Below, in pieces: positions 10,862 to 19,912 of a stretch of DNA of 32,000 bases. The notes below the pieces were generated by a model. It made no database searches and was not told the origin of the DNA. It saw only the letters and a program-made list of their open reading frames with translations. The DNA lies in the NCBI RefSeq assembly GCF_003428155.1, contig NZ_QLIR01000004.1:30001-62000 (forward strand), read 5' to 3'. Numbering within the stretch: the stretch's first letter is position 1; each line of letters begins with the position of its first letter. Source of the DNA: Fastidiosibacter lacustris. GTDB lineage: Bacteria > Pseudomonadota > Gammaproteobacteria > Francisellales > Francisellaceae. The position numbers and the translations under genes are program-made.

Positions 10862-12499
10862 ATGATTCGTAAGTTCTTATTCAACTGTCTTTTGGTCCTG
10901 ACTGGCATCATAGTCCTGCTGGGAGGTATTTTCTCACTATATGCTCATAATACTGACGAGGTTGACGCTGATCCTGCCTTGGTTTTGACCAATAAGGGTG
11001 CTGTACGGGGCGTCATCCGCAATGGTGTGCGGGAGTTTAAGGGTATCCCCTATGCCAGACCTCCAGTTGGTGATTTGCGTTGGGCTATGCCGCAACCTGC
11101 AGAGGCGTGGAGTGGCGTACTGGATGTCTCTCAATATAAGAGCATCTGTCCGCAGGTTGAGCGCTATGGCATCCCCGAATCCAGTGAGAATGAGGATTGC
11201 TTATATATCAATGTCACAGCGCCTTACAAGGAAGCATCGGATCTGTCCCGTAAGCGCCCAGTAATCGTCTGGCTGCATGGCGGGGCGTTTGTGGGCGGAT
11301 CAAGTACCCTCTATCCGCTGGATTATATGTCTAAGAGCGGTGACGTGGTCATGGTTTCGATGAACTACCGGATCGGCGTGTTCGGATTTATGGCTCATCC
11401 CTCCTTAGAGGCGGATCACAACGGCGGTTACGGTCTAGAGGATCAGCGCGCTGCGCTGCGCTGGGTGAAGGCGAATATCGCTGCCTTCGGAGGAGACCCT
11501 GATAACGTGACAATCGCCGGCGAATCGGCCGGCGGTGCTGGCGTCTGTATGCACATCCTAGCGCCAGATGAAACCTCCGGCTTATTCCACAAGGCTATTA
11601 TTGAGAGTGCCGGCTGCGCTACCCCACTGCCGAGTGTCGAGGACGCCAACAAGATTGGTCTGCAGGTAGCCCAACAGGTTGGCTGTACGGATGAGGCAAC
11701 AGCACTGTCTTGTTTGCGCAACAAGCCGGTCAAGGATCTTCTCAACGGGGCGGTGAAAGTTTCGGGCTCGAATATCCTTACTTATATGCCGATCATCGGT
11801 ACCAAAACGAACCCGCTACCAGGGGCGGAGGCATTCCCTGCAGGCAAGTTCGTCAAGGTGCCTGTGATGTATGGTGGCACGCGTGATGAGTTGCGTCTGT
11901 ACGTTGCCTATGCCATGCAGGCTGGGCAAAGCATTACGGCAGATAACTACGCCGAACTATTGAAACAGACCTATGGCGACAAAACCGACGCTATTGTGAA
12001 ACAGTATCCGGCAAGCAATTATTCCTCGGTTGCTTCTGCGCTGGGCACTGTTTGGTCAGATTTCCGCCCGGATGTTGGTATCAATCACTGTATCTACCTG
12101 GAAAGTGCTAAGTTGATGCGCAAGTTCGTACCAGTTTATCAGTTCGTGTTTGCCGATCGCACCGCACCGCCGGTAACAACCAATCCCGGTTTCGAGATGG
12201 GCGCGGTCCACTCTTCCGAACTGATCTATCAATTCCCTCATTACGATAACACTCGTATGCTTGCAGGTCCCAATCTCTCACCCACCTCGCAAAAGCTCTC
12301 TGAACAGATGGTAGCCTACTTCACGAGCTTTGCCAGAACTGGTAAACCAAGCGCACAGGACGCACCGGTCTGGGGTATTTTTGATCGAGAAGACAGGGTC
12401 ATGAACTTCGAACCGGGCAAGCTTGGTTATTTCAATTCAGGTGTTTCGCACCACTGTGAGTTTTGGAAGACTCAGTATCCGTCTATCCTAACCCAGTGA
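10862..12499 (+). CDS. Type-B carboxylesterase/lipase (PnbA/cholinesterase family) with N-terminal membrane anchor or signal peptide
   Basis: 545 aa. The nucleophile elbow fits the type-B Ser signature: FGGDPDNVTIAGESAGG. Oxyanion-hole region WLHGGAFVGGS. EDCLYINVTAP nearly matches the second type-B signature. The catalytic His context is GAVHSSELIYQF. The N-terminus is hydrophobic (FLFNCLLVLTGIIVLLGGIFSLY). The gene is much more GC-rich than everything around it. Confidence 0.9.
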   Translation: MIRKFLFNCLLVLTGIIVLLGGIFSLYAHNTDEVDADPALVLTNKGAVRGVIRNGVREFKGIPYARPPVGDLRWAMPQPAEAWSGVLDVSQYKSICPQVERYGIPESSENEDCLYINVTAPYKEASDLSRKRPVIVWLHGGAFVGGSSTLYPLDYMSKSGDVVMVSMNYRIGVFGFMAHPSLEADHNGGYGLEDQRAALRWVKANIAAFGGDPDNVTIAGESAGGAGVCMHILAPDETSGLFHKAIIESAGCATPLPSVEDANKIGLQVAQQVGCTDEATALSCLRNKPVKDLLNGAVKVSGSNILTYMPIIGTKTNPLPGAEAFPAGKFVKVPVMYGGTRDELRLYVAYAMQAGQSITADNYAELLKQTYGDKTDAIVKQYPASNYSSVASALGTVWSDFRPDVGINHCIYLESAKLMRKFVPVYQFVFADRTAPPVTTNPGFEMGAVHSSELIYQFPHYDNTRMLAGPNLSPTSQKLSEQMVAYFTSFARTGKPSAQDAPVWGIFDREDRVMNFEPGKLGYFNSGVSHHCEFWKTQYPSILTQ

Positions 12500-12760
12500 T
12501 ATTCTGTACGGGGTGGAATTGGAGGCATCGTCTGTCTGTACGCATAAGGATGAGCGATTTATCAGGTTTTAAAGAATTGGAAAACTCCTAATGAACAAAT
12601 CAATTACGAGTTTTTTTGGATTTGAATTTGCTTTATCCTCATTTCTAGCCATGCTCAACAAAATAATATGTTATGACAGAAAAGTAGTGATTAGATTTTG
12701 CTTAATGACAACATATAGCTCAAAATAAGCATACTTTAAACGAAAAAAATAAGTGATTTT

Positions 12761-13438
12761 ATGCTTGTAACAAATGAAGATATAGCTATGAAAAAGCATA
12801 AGGACTTGTATTCAAGACGTGAAGAATTATTGAACACGTTAACTCATGCGATTGGAGCAGGATTTAGTATCATTGCACTTATTTTGATGATCTTGCGTGC
12901 AGCAGATACGGGGTACATGGTCAATGTCATAGCAGTTACTATTTTTGGCTTAACGCTTATTTCAATGTATGCTGCATCAAGCTTATATCATGGTATTACT
13001 CATCCAAAATGGAAAAAAGTGTTACGAAAAGTTGATCATTTAAATATTTATTTACTTATTGCTGGTACTTATACTCCTATTGCACTTATCGCTTTATCAG
13101 GCGTTAATAGTTGGTTGATTCTTGCTATTTTATGGGGATCTGTGATTGCTGGTTTTATTTATAAAATATTATTTTTTGGTGATGGTTGGTTATCTACTGC
13201 GTTATATGTCATTATGGGCTGGACGGCACTAGGATTTATTGTGCAGATTGTAGAAGCATTACCAGGCGGTTGTCTCATGTGGATTGTGCTAGGAGGGGCG
13301 TTATATACCAGTGGCGTTGTCTTTTATATGCTGGATGAAAAAATTGAGTTTTGTCACTTCTTGTGGCATTTATTCGTTTTTGCTGGCAGTCTAGCCCATT
13401 TTTTTGCAATCTATTTATACGTTGCTAGGATGGACTAG
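12761..13438 (+). CDS. Hemolysin III / PAQR-family integral membrane protein
   Basis: 225 aa with about seven hydrophobic helices. Family motifs: LNTLTHAIG, SSLYHG, DHLNIYLLIAGTYTP, and C-terminal HFLWHLFV. The true start may be ATG 12788 (MKKHKDLY...). Confidence 0.85.
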   Translation: MLVTNEDIAMKKHKDLYSRREELLNTLTHAIGAGFSIIALILMILRAADTGYMVNVIAVTIFGLTLISMYAASSLYHGITHPKWKKVLRKVDHLNIYLLIAGTYTPIALIALSGVNSWLILAILWGSVIAGFIYKILFFGDGWLSTALYVIMGWTALGFIVQIVEALPGGCLMWIVLGGALYTSGVVFYMLDEKIEFCHFLWHLFVFAGSLAHFFAIYLYVARMD

Positions 13439-13470
13439 AAATCGGAAATAAAGTACTTTTATCTGCGTAA

Positions 13471-14208
13471 GTGATATCAAAAATGAACAACATTAATCTA
13501 AAAAACAATATGAAAAAACAGGATAACAAGCATAATATCAGTGCGATGATTTTAGCAGCAGGGCGTGGGCGTAGAATGCAATCACTTACGGATCATACCC
13601 CTAAGCCCTTAATAGAAGTAAATGGCAAGGCATTGATTGAGCATCAAATAGAAAATTTGGCTGATACGGGTATAAGCCGTATCATTATCAACGTTGCGTA
13701 TCTTTCTGAACTGATTGTTAAGCGCATTGGCTTTGGTGAGCGTTGGGGTATTACAATTCGGTATTTGTATGAACCACTGGGTGCTTATGATACAGGTGGT
13801 GGGATTATACGGGCATTACCTTGGTTAAGCGATCCTTTTATCGTTGTAAATGCAGATATAATAAGCAATTACAACTTTCATTCAATAGTGGAACATAGTA
13901 AATTGATGAGTGAATTAGCACATTTAGTGCTTGTGCCTAATCCAGTGCATAATCTAAAAGGAGATTTTTGTTTAACAAGCGACAAGAAAATTATAGTGAT
14001 TAATGATAATTGCCAAAGTTACACTTATACGGGTATTAGTGTGTATAAAAAAGCATTATTTAAAGGTATCCCTGTCGGTTCTAAAATTTCTTTACCACGG
14101 ATTTGGCAATCTTTTATTAAACAAAAGCTAATTAGTGGGGAATTATTTCATGCGAATTGGTGTGACGTAGGAACTCCTGAGCGTTGGCAAGAAATCAACC
14201 GTGCCTAG
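13471..14208 (+). CDS. murU: Sugar-1-phosphate nucleotidyltransferase, MurU-like (N-acetylmuramate alpha-1-phosphate uridylyltransferase family)
   Basis: It has the NTP-transferase loop MILAAGRGRRMQSLTDHTPKPLIEV. It is collinear with Pseudomonas MurU as I recall it: AHLVLVPNP.H..GDF, YTGISVYKKALF, SGELFHANWCDVGTPERW. The start is uncertain (GTG 13471, ATG 13483 or ATG 13510). Confidence 0.65.
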   Translation: MISKMNNINLKNNMKKQDNKHNISAMILAAGRGRRMQSLTDHTPKPLIEVNGKALIEHQIENLADTGISRIIINVAYLSELIVKRIGFGERWGITIRYLYEPLGAYDTGGGIIRALPWLSDPFIVVNADIISNYNFHSIVEHSKLMSELAHLVLVPNPVHNLKGDFCLTSDKKIIVINDNCQSYTYTGISVYKKALFKGIPVGSKISLPRIWQSFIKQKLISGELFHANWCDVGTPERWQEINRA

Positions 14209-15704
14209 ATCTTGGTGCTTGTAAAGATTGTGTTTTTCAAGCCGATAAAAAGGGTGATAACAATAAACAATAAGCTCAGGAATAAAATTGGCAAAAGACC
14301 ATATTTCATCCAGGGGGTATTGCCTTGTATGGCTTCGATATTACCCTTTAATACTGCTTGCTTGTTTCTTGGTAAGCTTACAATAGTTTGACCTTTTGGG
14401 TTAATGATTGAAGTGACACCATTGTTGGTTGCTTGAATAACAAAGCGACCTGTTTCAATAGCGCGCATTTGTGAAATCTCTTCATGTTGCCAAGGTGCCA
14501 GCGAATCACCAAACCAAGCGTCATCACTGATAACGGTGATTAAGTCAGCATTTTGTAATTGTGCACGTACTTCAGAGGGATAAGCGATTTCATAACAGAT
14601 AAACAAAGCAATGCTGACGCCATTCATATTTAATAGCGGTTGTACTTTAGCACCTTTAGTAAAACTAGACATAGGAATGTTGAAATAAGCCATAAATGGC
14701 TCAAGAAAATAAGAAAAAGGATAATATTCTCCAAAGGGAACCAAATGACGTTTATGGTAGTAACCAGAACCTAAACCATAAACAAATGCTGAGTTAAAGT
14801 ATTGATCTTTGTGATTAAGTGCCACGGTTCCAACTAAGATTGCACTTTCTTGATTTTTTCCTAAATCATTAATTTGTGCTAAAAAAGGCTCAATAAAAGG
14901 TTTGAAGGTTGGAATAGCGTTTTCTGGCCAAAAGACTAAGTCTGCAGGGTTGTTACGAGTTATTTTGTAGTAATGATCGATAATTGTTTGTAACATGCTT
15001 GGATCCCATTTTTGATCCTGAATATAATTGCCTTGAATAATGGTGACAGTTTTATCAATGCCATCACTATGTGTCCATTTTATTTGCCTGAAACCCAAGG
15101 CACTAATAAAGCACAGCGTAATAAGCAACAACATGCTGATAACGGTTTTAAAATGACGTAGATTTAACAAAATTTCTGTTAAACAAAGTGACATAAAACA
15201 TACAATAAATCCTACTAAGAAGACACTTCCAACTGGTGCAAAAGCTGAAAAAATGGTATGGGTTTGTGAGTAGCCTAATAAGACCCAAGGGAAGCCAGTA
15301 AATAAGTAGGTACGTAACAACTCAAGTAGAAACCAGCAAACTGGGAGAATCAACAGGCGATAACTCAAGTGTTTATTATTTAGTTTGCCAAAACAATAGC
15401 CAAAAATAAGGAAAAAAGTGCTTAAAAATAGAATAAATATCGTCGTTAAGCTGATACTCAAGAAAATCGATTGACTAAAGGCATAAATGCTCACATAGAC
15501 CCAAGATATACTGGTACTAAAAAATCCCACACCATAGCAGTAACCTAACCATAACTGTTTTTTTATTGTTTTCTCTTGAGCAATGAGATAAAAAAAACCT
15601 ACGAGTGAGACGAATGCAAGGCTGGCAATTCCAATAGGTGAAAAGGATAAGGTTAGAATTGCGCCACACAAAAGAGCTGAGAAATTAATCAGAAATAAGC
15701 GCAT
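14205..15704 (-). CDS. lnt: Apolipoprotein N-acyltransferase
   Basis: 499 aa with a multi-TM N-terminal half and a CN-hydrolase domain. The Glu/Lys/Cys triad contexts are VFWPENAIP, HKRHLVPFGEYYP and ALFICYEIAYP. Conserved position downstream of corC. Confidence 0.93.
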   Translation of the reverse strand: MRLFLINFSALLCGAILTLSFSPIGIASLAFVSLVGFFYLIAQEKTIKKQLWLGYCYGVGFFSTSISWVYVSIYAFSQSIFLSISLTTIFILFLSTFFLIFGYCFGKLNNKHLSYRLLILPVCWFLLELLRTYLFTGFPWVLLGYSQTHTIFSAFAPVGSVFLVGFIVCFMSLCLTEILLNLRHFKTVISMLLLITLCFISALGFRQIKWTHSDGIDKTVTIIQGNYIQDQKWDPSMLQTIIDHYYKITRNNPADLVFWPENAIPTFKPFIEPFLAQINDLGKNQESAILVGTVALNHKDQYFNSAFVYGLGSGYYHKRHLVPFGEYYPFSYFLEPFMAYFNIPMSSFTKGAKVQPLLNMNGVSIALFICYEIAYPSEVRAQLQNADLITVISDDAWFGDSLAPWQHEEISQMRAIETGRFVIQATNNGVTSIINPKGQTIVSLPRNKQAVLKGNIEAIQGNTPWMKYGLLPILFLSLLFIVITLFIGLKNTIFTSTKI

Positions 15705-15709
15705 GTGAA

Positions 15710-16561
15710 TTAAGCATTGTTTTTGCGTATAACATGCAAGGTACGTACACGACGTTTATCAGCAGCAGTAACACGGAAGGTAAAATCACCAAATACGATT
15801 TCTTCGCCAACATCAGGTAAATGCTCAAGTTGATTGATTACTAAACCACCGATTGTGTCAACTTCATTATCATCAATCGCACAGTCAAAATAATCATTGA
15901 AATCTTCGATTTCAGTAAGTGCATCAACACTAAATTCATTATCATTAATTCGCGTGATTTGTGTATTTTCTTCATCAAATTCATCTTCAATGTTGCCAAC
16001 GATTTCTTCAAGAATATCCTCAATAGTGACTAGCCCCGAAATAACGCCATATTCATCAACAACGATTGCAAGGTGATTATGGCTTGATTTAAACTCTCGC
16101 AATAGTGAATCCAATTTTTTGCTTTCAGGTACAAAGATAGCAGGGCGCAGTGCTGATTTTAATTGCTCAAGGCTTAAGTCTGTGTATTGAACGACAATTT
16201 TTAATAAATCTTTTGTATGTAGGATCCCCAAGACATCTTCACGATTTTCCGAAAAAAGTGGTAAGCGTGTGTGGCTTGAATTAATGACAGTTTGGATAAT
16301 TTCTTTACTTGTCATCCCCGCATGAATTGTTGCCATTTGCGTGCGTGGAATCATAATATTACCCACTGAAGAGGAAGCAACATTTAAAACCCCTTTAATC
16401 ATATCGCGTGAATCTGTATCAATCGTACCTTTTTTAACAGCAAGATTAACAAGACCAAGAAAATCGGAAGGGCTATGTGGCATTAAGATAGTAGCAGCAA
16501 TTTTTTCTAACCAGGTTTGCCCCTGTCCTAAGTTTTCATTCTTTGTCTGTTTTTCGTCCAT
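15710..16561 (-). CDS. corC: Mg2+/Co2+ efflux-associated protein CorC (CBS pair plus CorC_HlyC domain)
   Basis: 283 aa. The CBS pair includes IMIPRTQM..., LPLFSENREDVLGILHTKDLL and LAIVVDEYGVISGLVTIEDILEEIVG. A C-terminal transporter-associated domain follows. Conserved ybeY-corC-lnt order. Confidence 0.9.
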   Translation of the reverse strand: MDEKQTKNENLGQGQTWLEKIAATILMPHSPSDFLGLVNLAVKKGTIDTDSRDMIKGVLNVASSSVGNIMIPRTQMATIHAGMTSKEIIQTVINSSHTRLPLFSENREDVLGILHTKDLLKIVVQYTDLSLEQLKSALRPAIFVPESKKLDSLLREFKSSHNHLAIVVDEYGVISGLVTIEDILEEIVGNIEDEFDEENTQITRINDNEFSVDALTEIEDFNDYFDCAIDDNEVDTIGGLVINQLEHLPDVGEEIVFGDFTFRVTAADKRRVRTLHVIRKNNA

Positions 16562-16567
16562 TGTCCA

Positions 16568-17035
16568 TTATTTCTCAACATAAGGATTATCAATACCAAG
16601 CTGTGCTAACAAAGAAATTTCAAGGTTCTCCATTTTGTCAGCATCGGCCTTTTCAATGTGGTCATAGCCGAGTAAATGCAGTATGCCATGTATTAATATA
16701 TGACACCAGTGATGATCGAGCAATTTACTCTGCTGTGTTGCTTCACTTTCTAAAACAATAGGGCAAATAATTAAATCCCCTAGAAAACTCTCCATATCTG
16801 CCTCTTGTGGTAAGCCTGGTGGCTGTTCAAAAGGAAAAGATAAGATATTCGTAGGCTTATCTTTATGGCGATAGGTACGATTGAAATACTGCATATCGTC
16901 CGTATTGACAATCTGTATGCTGATCATAGCTTGTTTAATATCAAGTGTATTAAGTACAACTTTGCACCAAACAGATAGTGTTCTTTCATCTGGGACGTTT
17001 AAACTATCAGGGTTATTAATATCCAGTATCAGCAT
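16568..17035 (-). CDS. ybeY: Endoribonuclease YbeY (rRNA maturation factor)
   Basis: Zinc motif HGILHLLGYDH. The track ORF extends to 17131 and would overlap ybeZ by 92 nt. ATG 17035 lies 4 nt after the ybeZ stop (TAG, 17042-17040). That start gives a typical 155-aa YbeY beginning MLILDINNPD. Confidence 0.9.
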   Translation of the reverse strand: MLILDINNPDSLNVPDERTLSVWCKVVLNTLDIKQAMISIQIVNTDDMQYFNRTYRHKDKPTNILSFPFEQPPGLPQEADMESFLGDLIICPIVLESEATQQSKLLDHHWCHILIHGILHLLGYDHIEKADADKMENLEISLLAQLGIDNPYVEK

Positions 17036-17039
17036 TGTT

Positions 17040-18020
17040 CTAGTAATCTTGGCTATGGCTTTGCTCATAGAAATCATATGCAGCAACAACCCGTTGCACA
17101 ATTGGGTGACGCACAACGTCCGCAGTTTCAAAGAAGGTCATACTAATCCCTTCAACTCCTGCTAAGACTTCAATTGCATGACGAAGCCCTGTAGTAATCC
17201 CCTTGGGCAAGTCTACTTGCGTGATGTCGCCTGTGACGATTGCAGTTGAGTTAAATCCAATGCGTGTTAGGAACATTTTCATTTGTTCTTTGGTCGTGTT
17301 TTGGCTTTCATCTAAAATGATGAATGAATCATTGATTGTGCGCCCACGCATGTAGGCTAAAGGTGCAATTTCAATAACTTGTTTTTCGATTAATTTGGTT
17401 ACCCGCTCAACACCCATCAAATCATATAAAGCATCATACATAGGACGCAAATAAGGGTCTACTTTTTGTGCCAAATCGCCTGGTAGAAACCCAAGCTTTT
17501 CCCCAGCTTCAACTGCAGGGCGAACAAGTACCAAGCGCTTAACTAGTCCTTTTTCAAAAGCAGCAACAGCACAAGCCATTGCAAGGTAGGTTTTACCGGT
17601 TCCAGCCGGTCCTATGCCAAAATTAATATCATTTTCATGAATACGCTTTAAATAACGTTCTTGATTTATTGTGCGAGGATTGATCGGACGTGGACCAATC
17701 ATAACAATAAACTCAGGAATAAATTTTTCTTTTTTGTCGTTTGGATTGCTCTTTGACATTTCATTTAATGCAATATTAAGTTCTTTGTTATTAAGTTCAA
17801 AATTTAGATCGTTAACCAGCTTTTGATATATCTCTTCTAAAAATGCTTTAGCGTCTTTAACGGCTGTTTTGGGTCCGACGATGCGAAAATTATTGCCTCG
17901 TTGGATAATTTCAACTGCTAAGTATTTTTCAATTAAATGTAAATTTTCATTTAGATTGCCACAAAGCTTTACCAGCATTTGGGCGCTATCTGGCTCAAGT
18001 TCGAATTGTATGGTTCTCAT
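17040..18020 (-). CDS. ybeZ: PhoH-like ATPase
   Basis: 326 aa. Walker A GPAGTGKTYLA and Walker B context FIILDESQNTT. Conserved position between miaB and ybeY. Confidence 0.92.
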   Translation of the reverse strand: MRTIQFELEPDSAQMLVKLCGNLNENLHLIEKYLAVEIIQRGNNFRIVGPKTAVKDAKAFLEEIYQKLVNDLNFELNNKELNIALNEMSKSNPNDKKEKFIPEFIVMIGPRPINPRTINQERYLKRIHENDINFGIGPAGTGKTYLAMACAVAAFEKGLVKRLVLVRPAVEAGEKLGFLPGDLAQKVDPYLRPMYDALYDLMGVERVTKLIEKQVIEIAPLAYMRGRTINDSFIILDESQNTTKEQMKMFLTRIGFNSTAIVTGDITQVDLPKGITTGLRHAIEVLAGVEGISMTFFETADVVRHPIVQRVVAAYDFYEQSHSQDY

Positions 18021-18024
18021 GAAG

Positions 18025-19389
18025 TTAAATTATCTCTCCGCGTAGTGAGTGTGGCAGGGCTTCAACGATTTTAACATCAATTAATTGTCCAATTAAACTA
18101 GAATCACCAGCAAAGTTAACGATACGATTATTCTCTGTGCGCCCGGCAAGGATGTGTCGATCTTTCTTAGATATCCCTTCAACTAAAATGCGCTGAGTTG
18201 CCCCAACCATTTGACGGCTGATAATCATTGCATTGTGATTTAATTGATCTTGTAAACGCTTTAGACGTCCTTTTTTAATTTCCAGTGGAGTATCGTCTAA
18301 CAAGTTAGCAGCGGGTGTGCCAGGGCGTTTGCTATAAATAAAGCTAAATGACTGATCAAAGTGAACATCTTTAACCAAATCCATTAATTTTTCAAAATCT
18401 TCTTCAGTTTCACCAGGAAAGCCAACAATAAAATCAGATGAAATCGTGATATCTGGACGCACTTTTCTAAGCTTACGGATTTTTTGTTTAAACTCTAGAA
18501 TCGTATGATTACGTTTCATAGCGGCTAAGATACGATCAGAACCATGCTGAACTGGCAGATGTAAATGGTTGGCAAGTTGTGGTACTTCAGCATAAGCATT
18601 GATGAGATTATCCGAAAATTCAACAGGATGAGAAGTTGTGAAACGAATGCGTTCAACACCATCAATATCGGCAATAAAATGAATAAGAAGTGCAAGATCT
18701 GCGGTGTCACCCGAGGACATTTTACCAAGGTAATGATTCACATTTTGACCTAAAAGTGTAATTTCTTTAACCCCTTGTTCGGCAAGAATGGCGCATTCAG
18801 CTAATACATCTTCAAACGGGCGGTTTACCTCAGGACCACGTGTATAAGGTACAACACAATATGAACAGTACTTGTCACAGCCTTCCATTATTGAAACAAA
18901 GGCCTTAGCACCTTCTGCTCTAGGTGCAGGAAGGTGATCAAACTTTTCAATTTCAGGAAAGGAAATATCAACTTGTGCAGTTTGCGTGATTTGTTTTTGT
19001 TTAATGAGCTCAGGCAAACGGTGAATGGTTTGTGGCCCAAAAACAATATCAACAAATGGTGCCCGCTTAATAATATTTTCACCTTCTTGTGAAGCAACAC
19101 AGCCGCCTACGCCAATCACAAGGTTAGGATTTTTGTTTTTCAGGTATTTCCAGCGACCTAGTTCGTGAAAAACCTTTTCCTGTGCTTTTTCGCGAATTGA
19201 ACAAGTGTTGATCAAGATAATATCTGCTTTACTGTAATCATCTGTTTTTGTTGTATTAAAGTGTTCACTTAGTACTTCATTCATGCGTGATGAATCATAT
19301 TCATTCATCTGGCAACCCAGTGTTTTAATAAAAACTTTTTTATTCTGCTTTATTTCAAGTGCAGGTGTTTCAATCACAGTTGCTGTCAT
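18025..19389 (-). CDS. miaB: tRNA-i6A37 methylthiotransferase
   Basis: 454 aa. The MTTase N-domain cysteines are in [16 protein letters not shown] and GGCVAS. Radical-SAM motif [13 protein letters not shown]-terminal TRAM domain is present. Confidence 0.95.
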   Translation of the reverse strand: MTATVIETPALEIKQNKKVFIKTLGCQMNEYDSSRMNEVLSEHFNTTKTDDYSKADIILINTCSIREKAQEKVFHELGRWKYLKNKNPNLVIGVGGCVASQEGENIIKRAPFVDIVFGPQTIHRLPELIKQKQITQTAQVDISFPEIEKFDHLPAPRAEGAKAFVSIMEGCDKYCSYCVVPYTRGPEVNRPFEDVLAECAILAEQGVKEITLLGQNVNHYLGKMSSGDTADLALLIHFIADIDGVERIRFTTSHPVEFSDNLINAYAEVPQLANHLHLPVQHGSDRILAAMKRNHTILEFKQKIRKLRKVRPDITISSDFIVGFPGETEEDFEKLMDLVKDVHFDQSFSFIYSKRPGTPAANLLDDTPLEIKKGRLKRLQDQLNHNAMIISRQMVGATQRILVEGISKKDRHILAGRTENNRIVNFAGDSSLIGQLIDVKIVEALPHSLRGEII

Positions 19390-19628
19390 AGTTATTACCT
19401 AAGGTTTATTGAATTTCTTTTTTTTTGCGTATGTATCTTTATCTTTTCAATGGTAAGTAAGCATATGGAGATAACCTACGTCATACCATCTATTAAGAAT
19501 AAAGAATACCAAGGCTAAAAACTGGCATTAGGGTAACGGGTTTTACAAAAAAATGCTAGTAAAATGTACAGCCATTCATAGGCTGTGTGCAATGCAATAA
19601 GTTAGTGAAAAATATTTTTTCTTAGTGC

Positions 19629-19657
19629 TTGACAAGGGTATCAAAGACCAATAGAAT
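19629..19657 (+). promoter_or_regulatory. Near-consensus sigma70 promoter for tRNA-Glu
   Basis: TTGACA (19629-19634), a 17-nt spacer, then TAGAAT (19652-19657). A GC-rich discriminator GCGCTCC follows, typical of stable-RNA promoters. It ends 47 nt upstream of the tRNA 5' end. Confidence 0.6.
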
Positions 19658-19704
19658 GCGCTCCAGTTTTGAGATGAAATTCAAAAAACAGTAAAATTTT
19701 CCTT

Positions 19705-19780
19705 GTCCCCATCGTCTAGAGGCCTAGGACATCGCCCTTTCACGGCGGTAACAGGGGTTCGAATCCCCTTGGGGACGCCA
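19705..19780 (+). tRNA. tRNA-Glu (anticodon UUC), CCA encoded
   Basis: 76 nt. Acceptor stem GTCCCCA/TGGGGAC, D-arm GTCT-AGAGGCCTAGG-ACAT. The anticodon stem-loop CGCCC-TTTCACG-GGCG carries TTC. T-arm AGGGG-TTCGAAT-CCCCT, 3' GCCA. Nearly identical to E. coli tRNA-Glu as I recall it, with a compensatory acceptor-pair change. Confidence 0.97.
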
Positions 19781-19912
19781 AATTTACTCTCGACCAATCA
19801 CTTCAAATTATCCTTTCTCTTGTTAAGAGAGAAGTTCACAGAGTCTAGGTGGAAAAATTGGTTTTGAAAGTATAGTTGGGCATGGCACAAAGTTTTGGGT
19901 AATATTACCGTT

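Noticed and set aside
10937-12241. ORFs 10937-11134-, 10998-11264+, 11443-11745- and 12056-12241- inside the esterase gene.
   Set aside because: High GC suppresses stop codons in all frames, so long spurious ORFs are expected. The esterase frame carries the family signatures.
17036-17131. The 32-codon N-terminal extension of the ybeY ORF overlapping ybeZ.
   Set aside because: ATG 17035, directly after the ybeZ stop, gives a standard-length YbeY. The extension would overlap ybeZ by 92 nt and matches nothing.
15841-19100. ORFs 15841-16023-, 16341-16583+, 16543-16761+, 16881-17165+, 18525-18728-, 18565-18753+ and 18888-19100- within the corC, ybeY, ybeZ and miaB genes.
   Set aside because: These are alternative or antisense frames of well-supported genes, with no start-site signals or motifs.
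19814-19832. A small hairpin (TTTCTCTT-GTT-AAGAGAGA) after tRNA-Glu and downstream of the kinase gene stop, considered as a possible bidirectional terminator.
   Set aside because: It has only about 6 Watson-Crick pairs plus wobbles, is AT-rich and has no T-tract on either strand. That is too weak to call.
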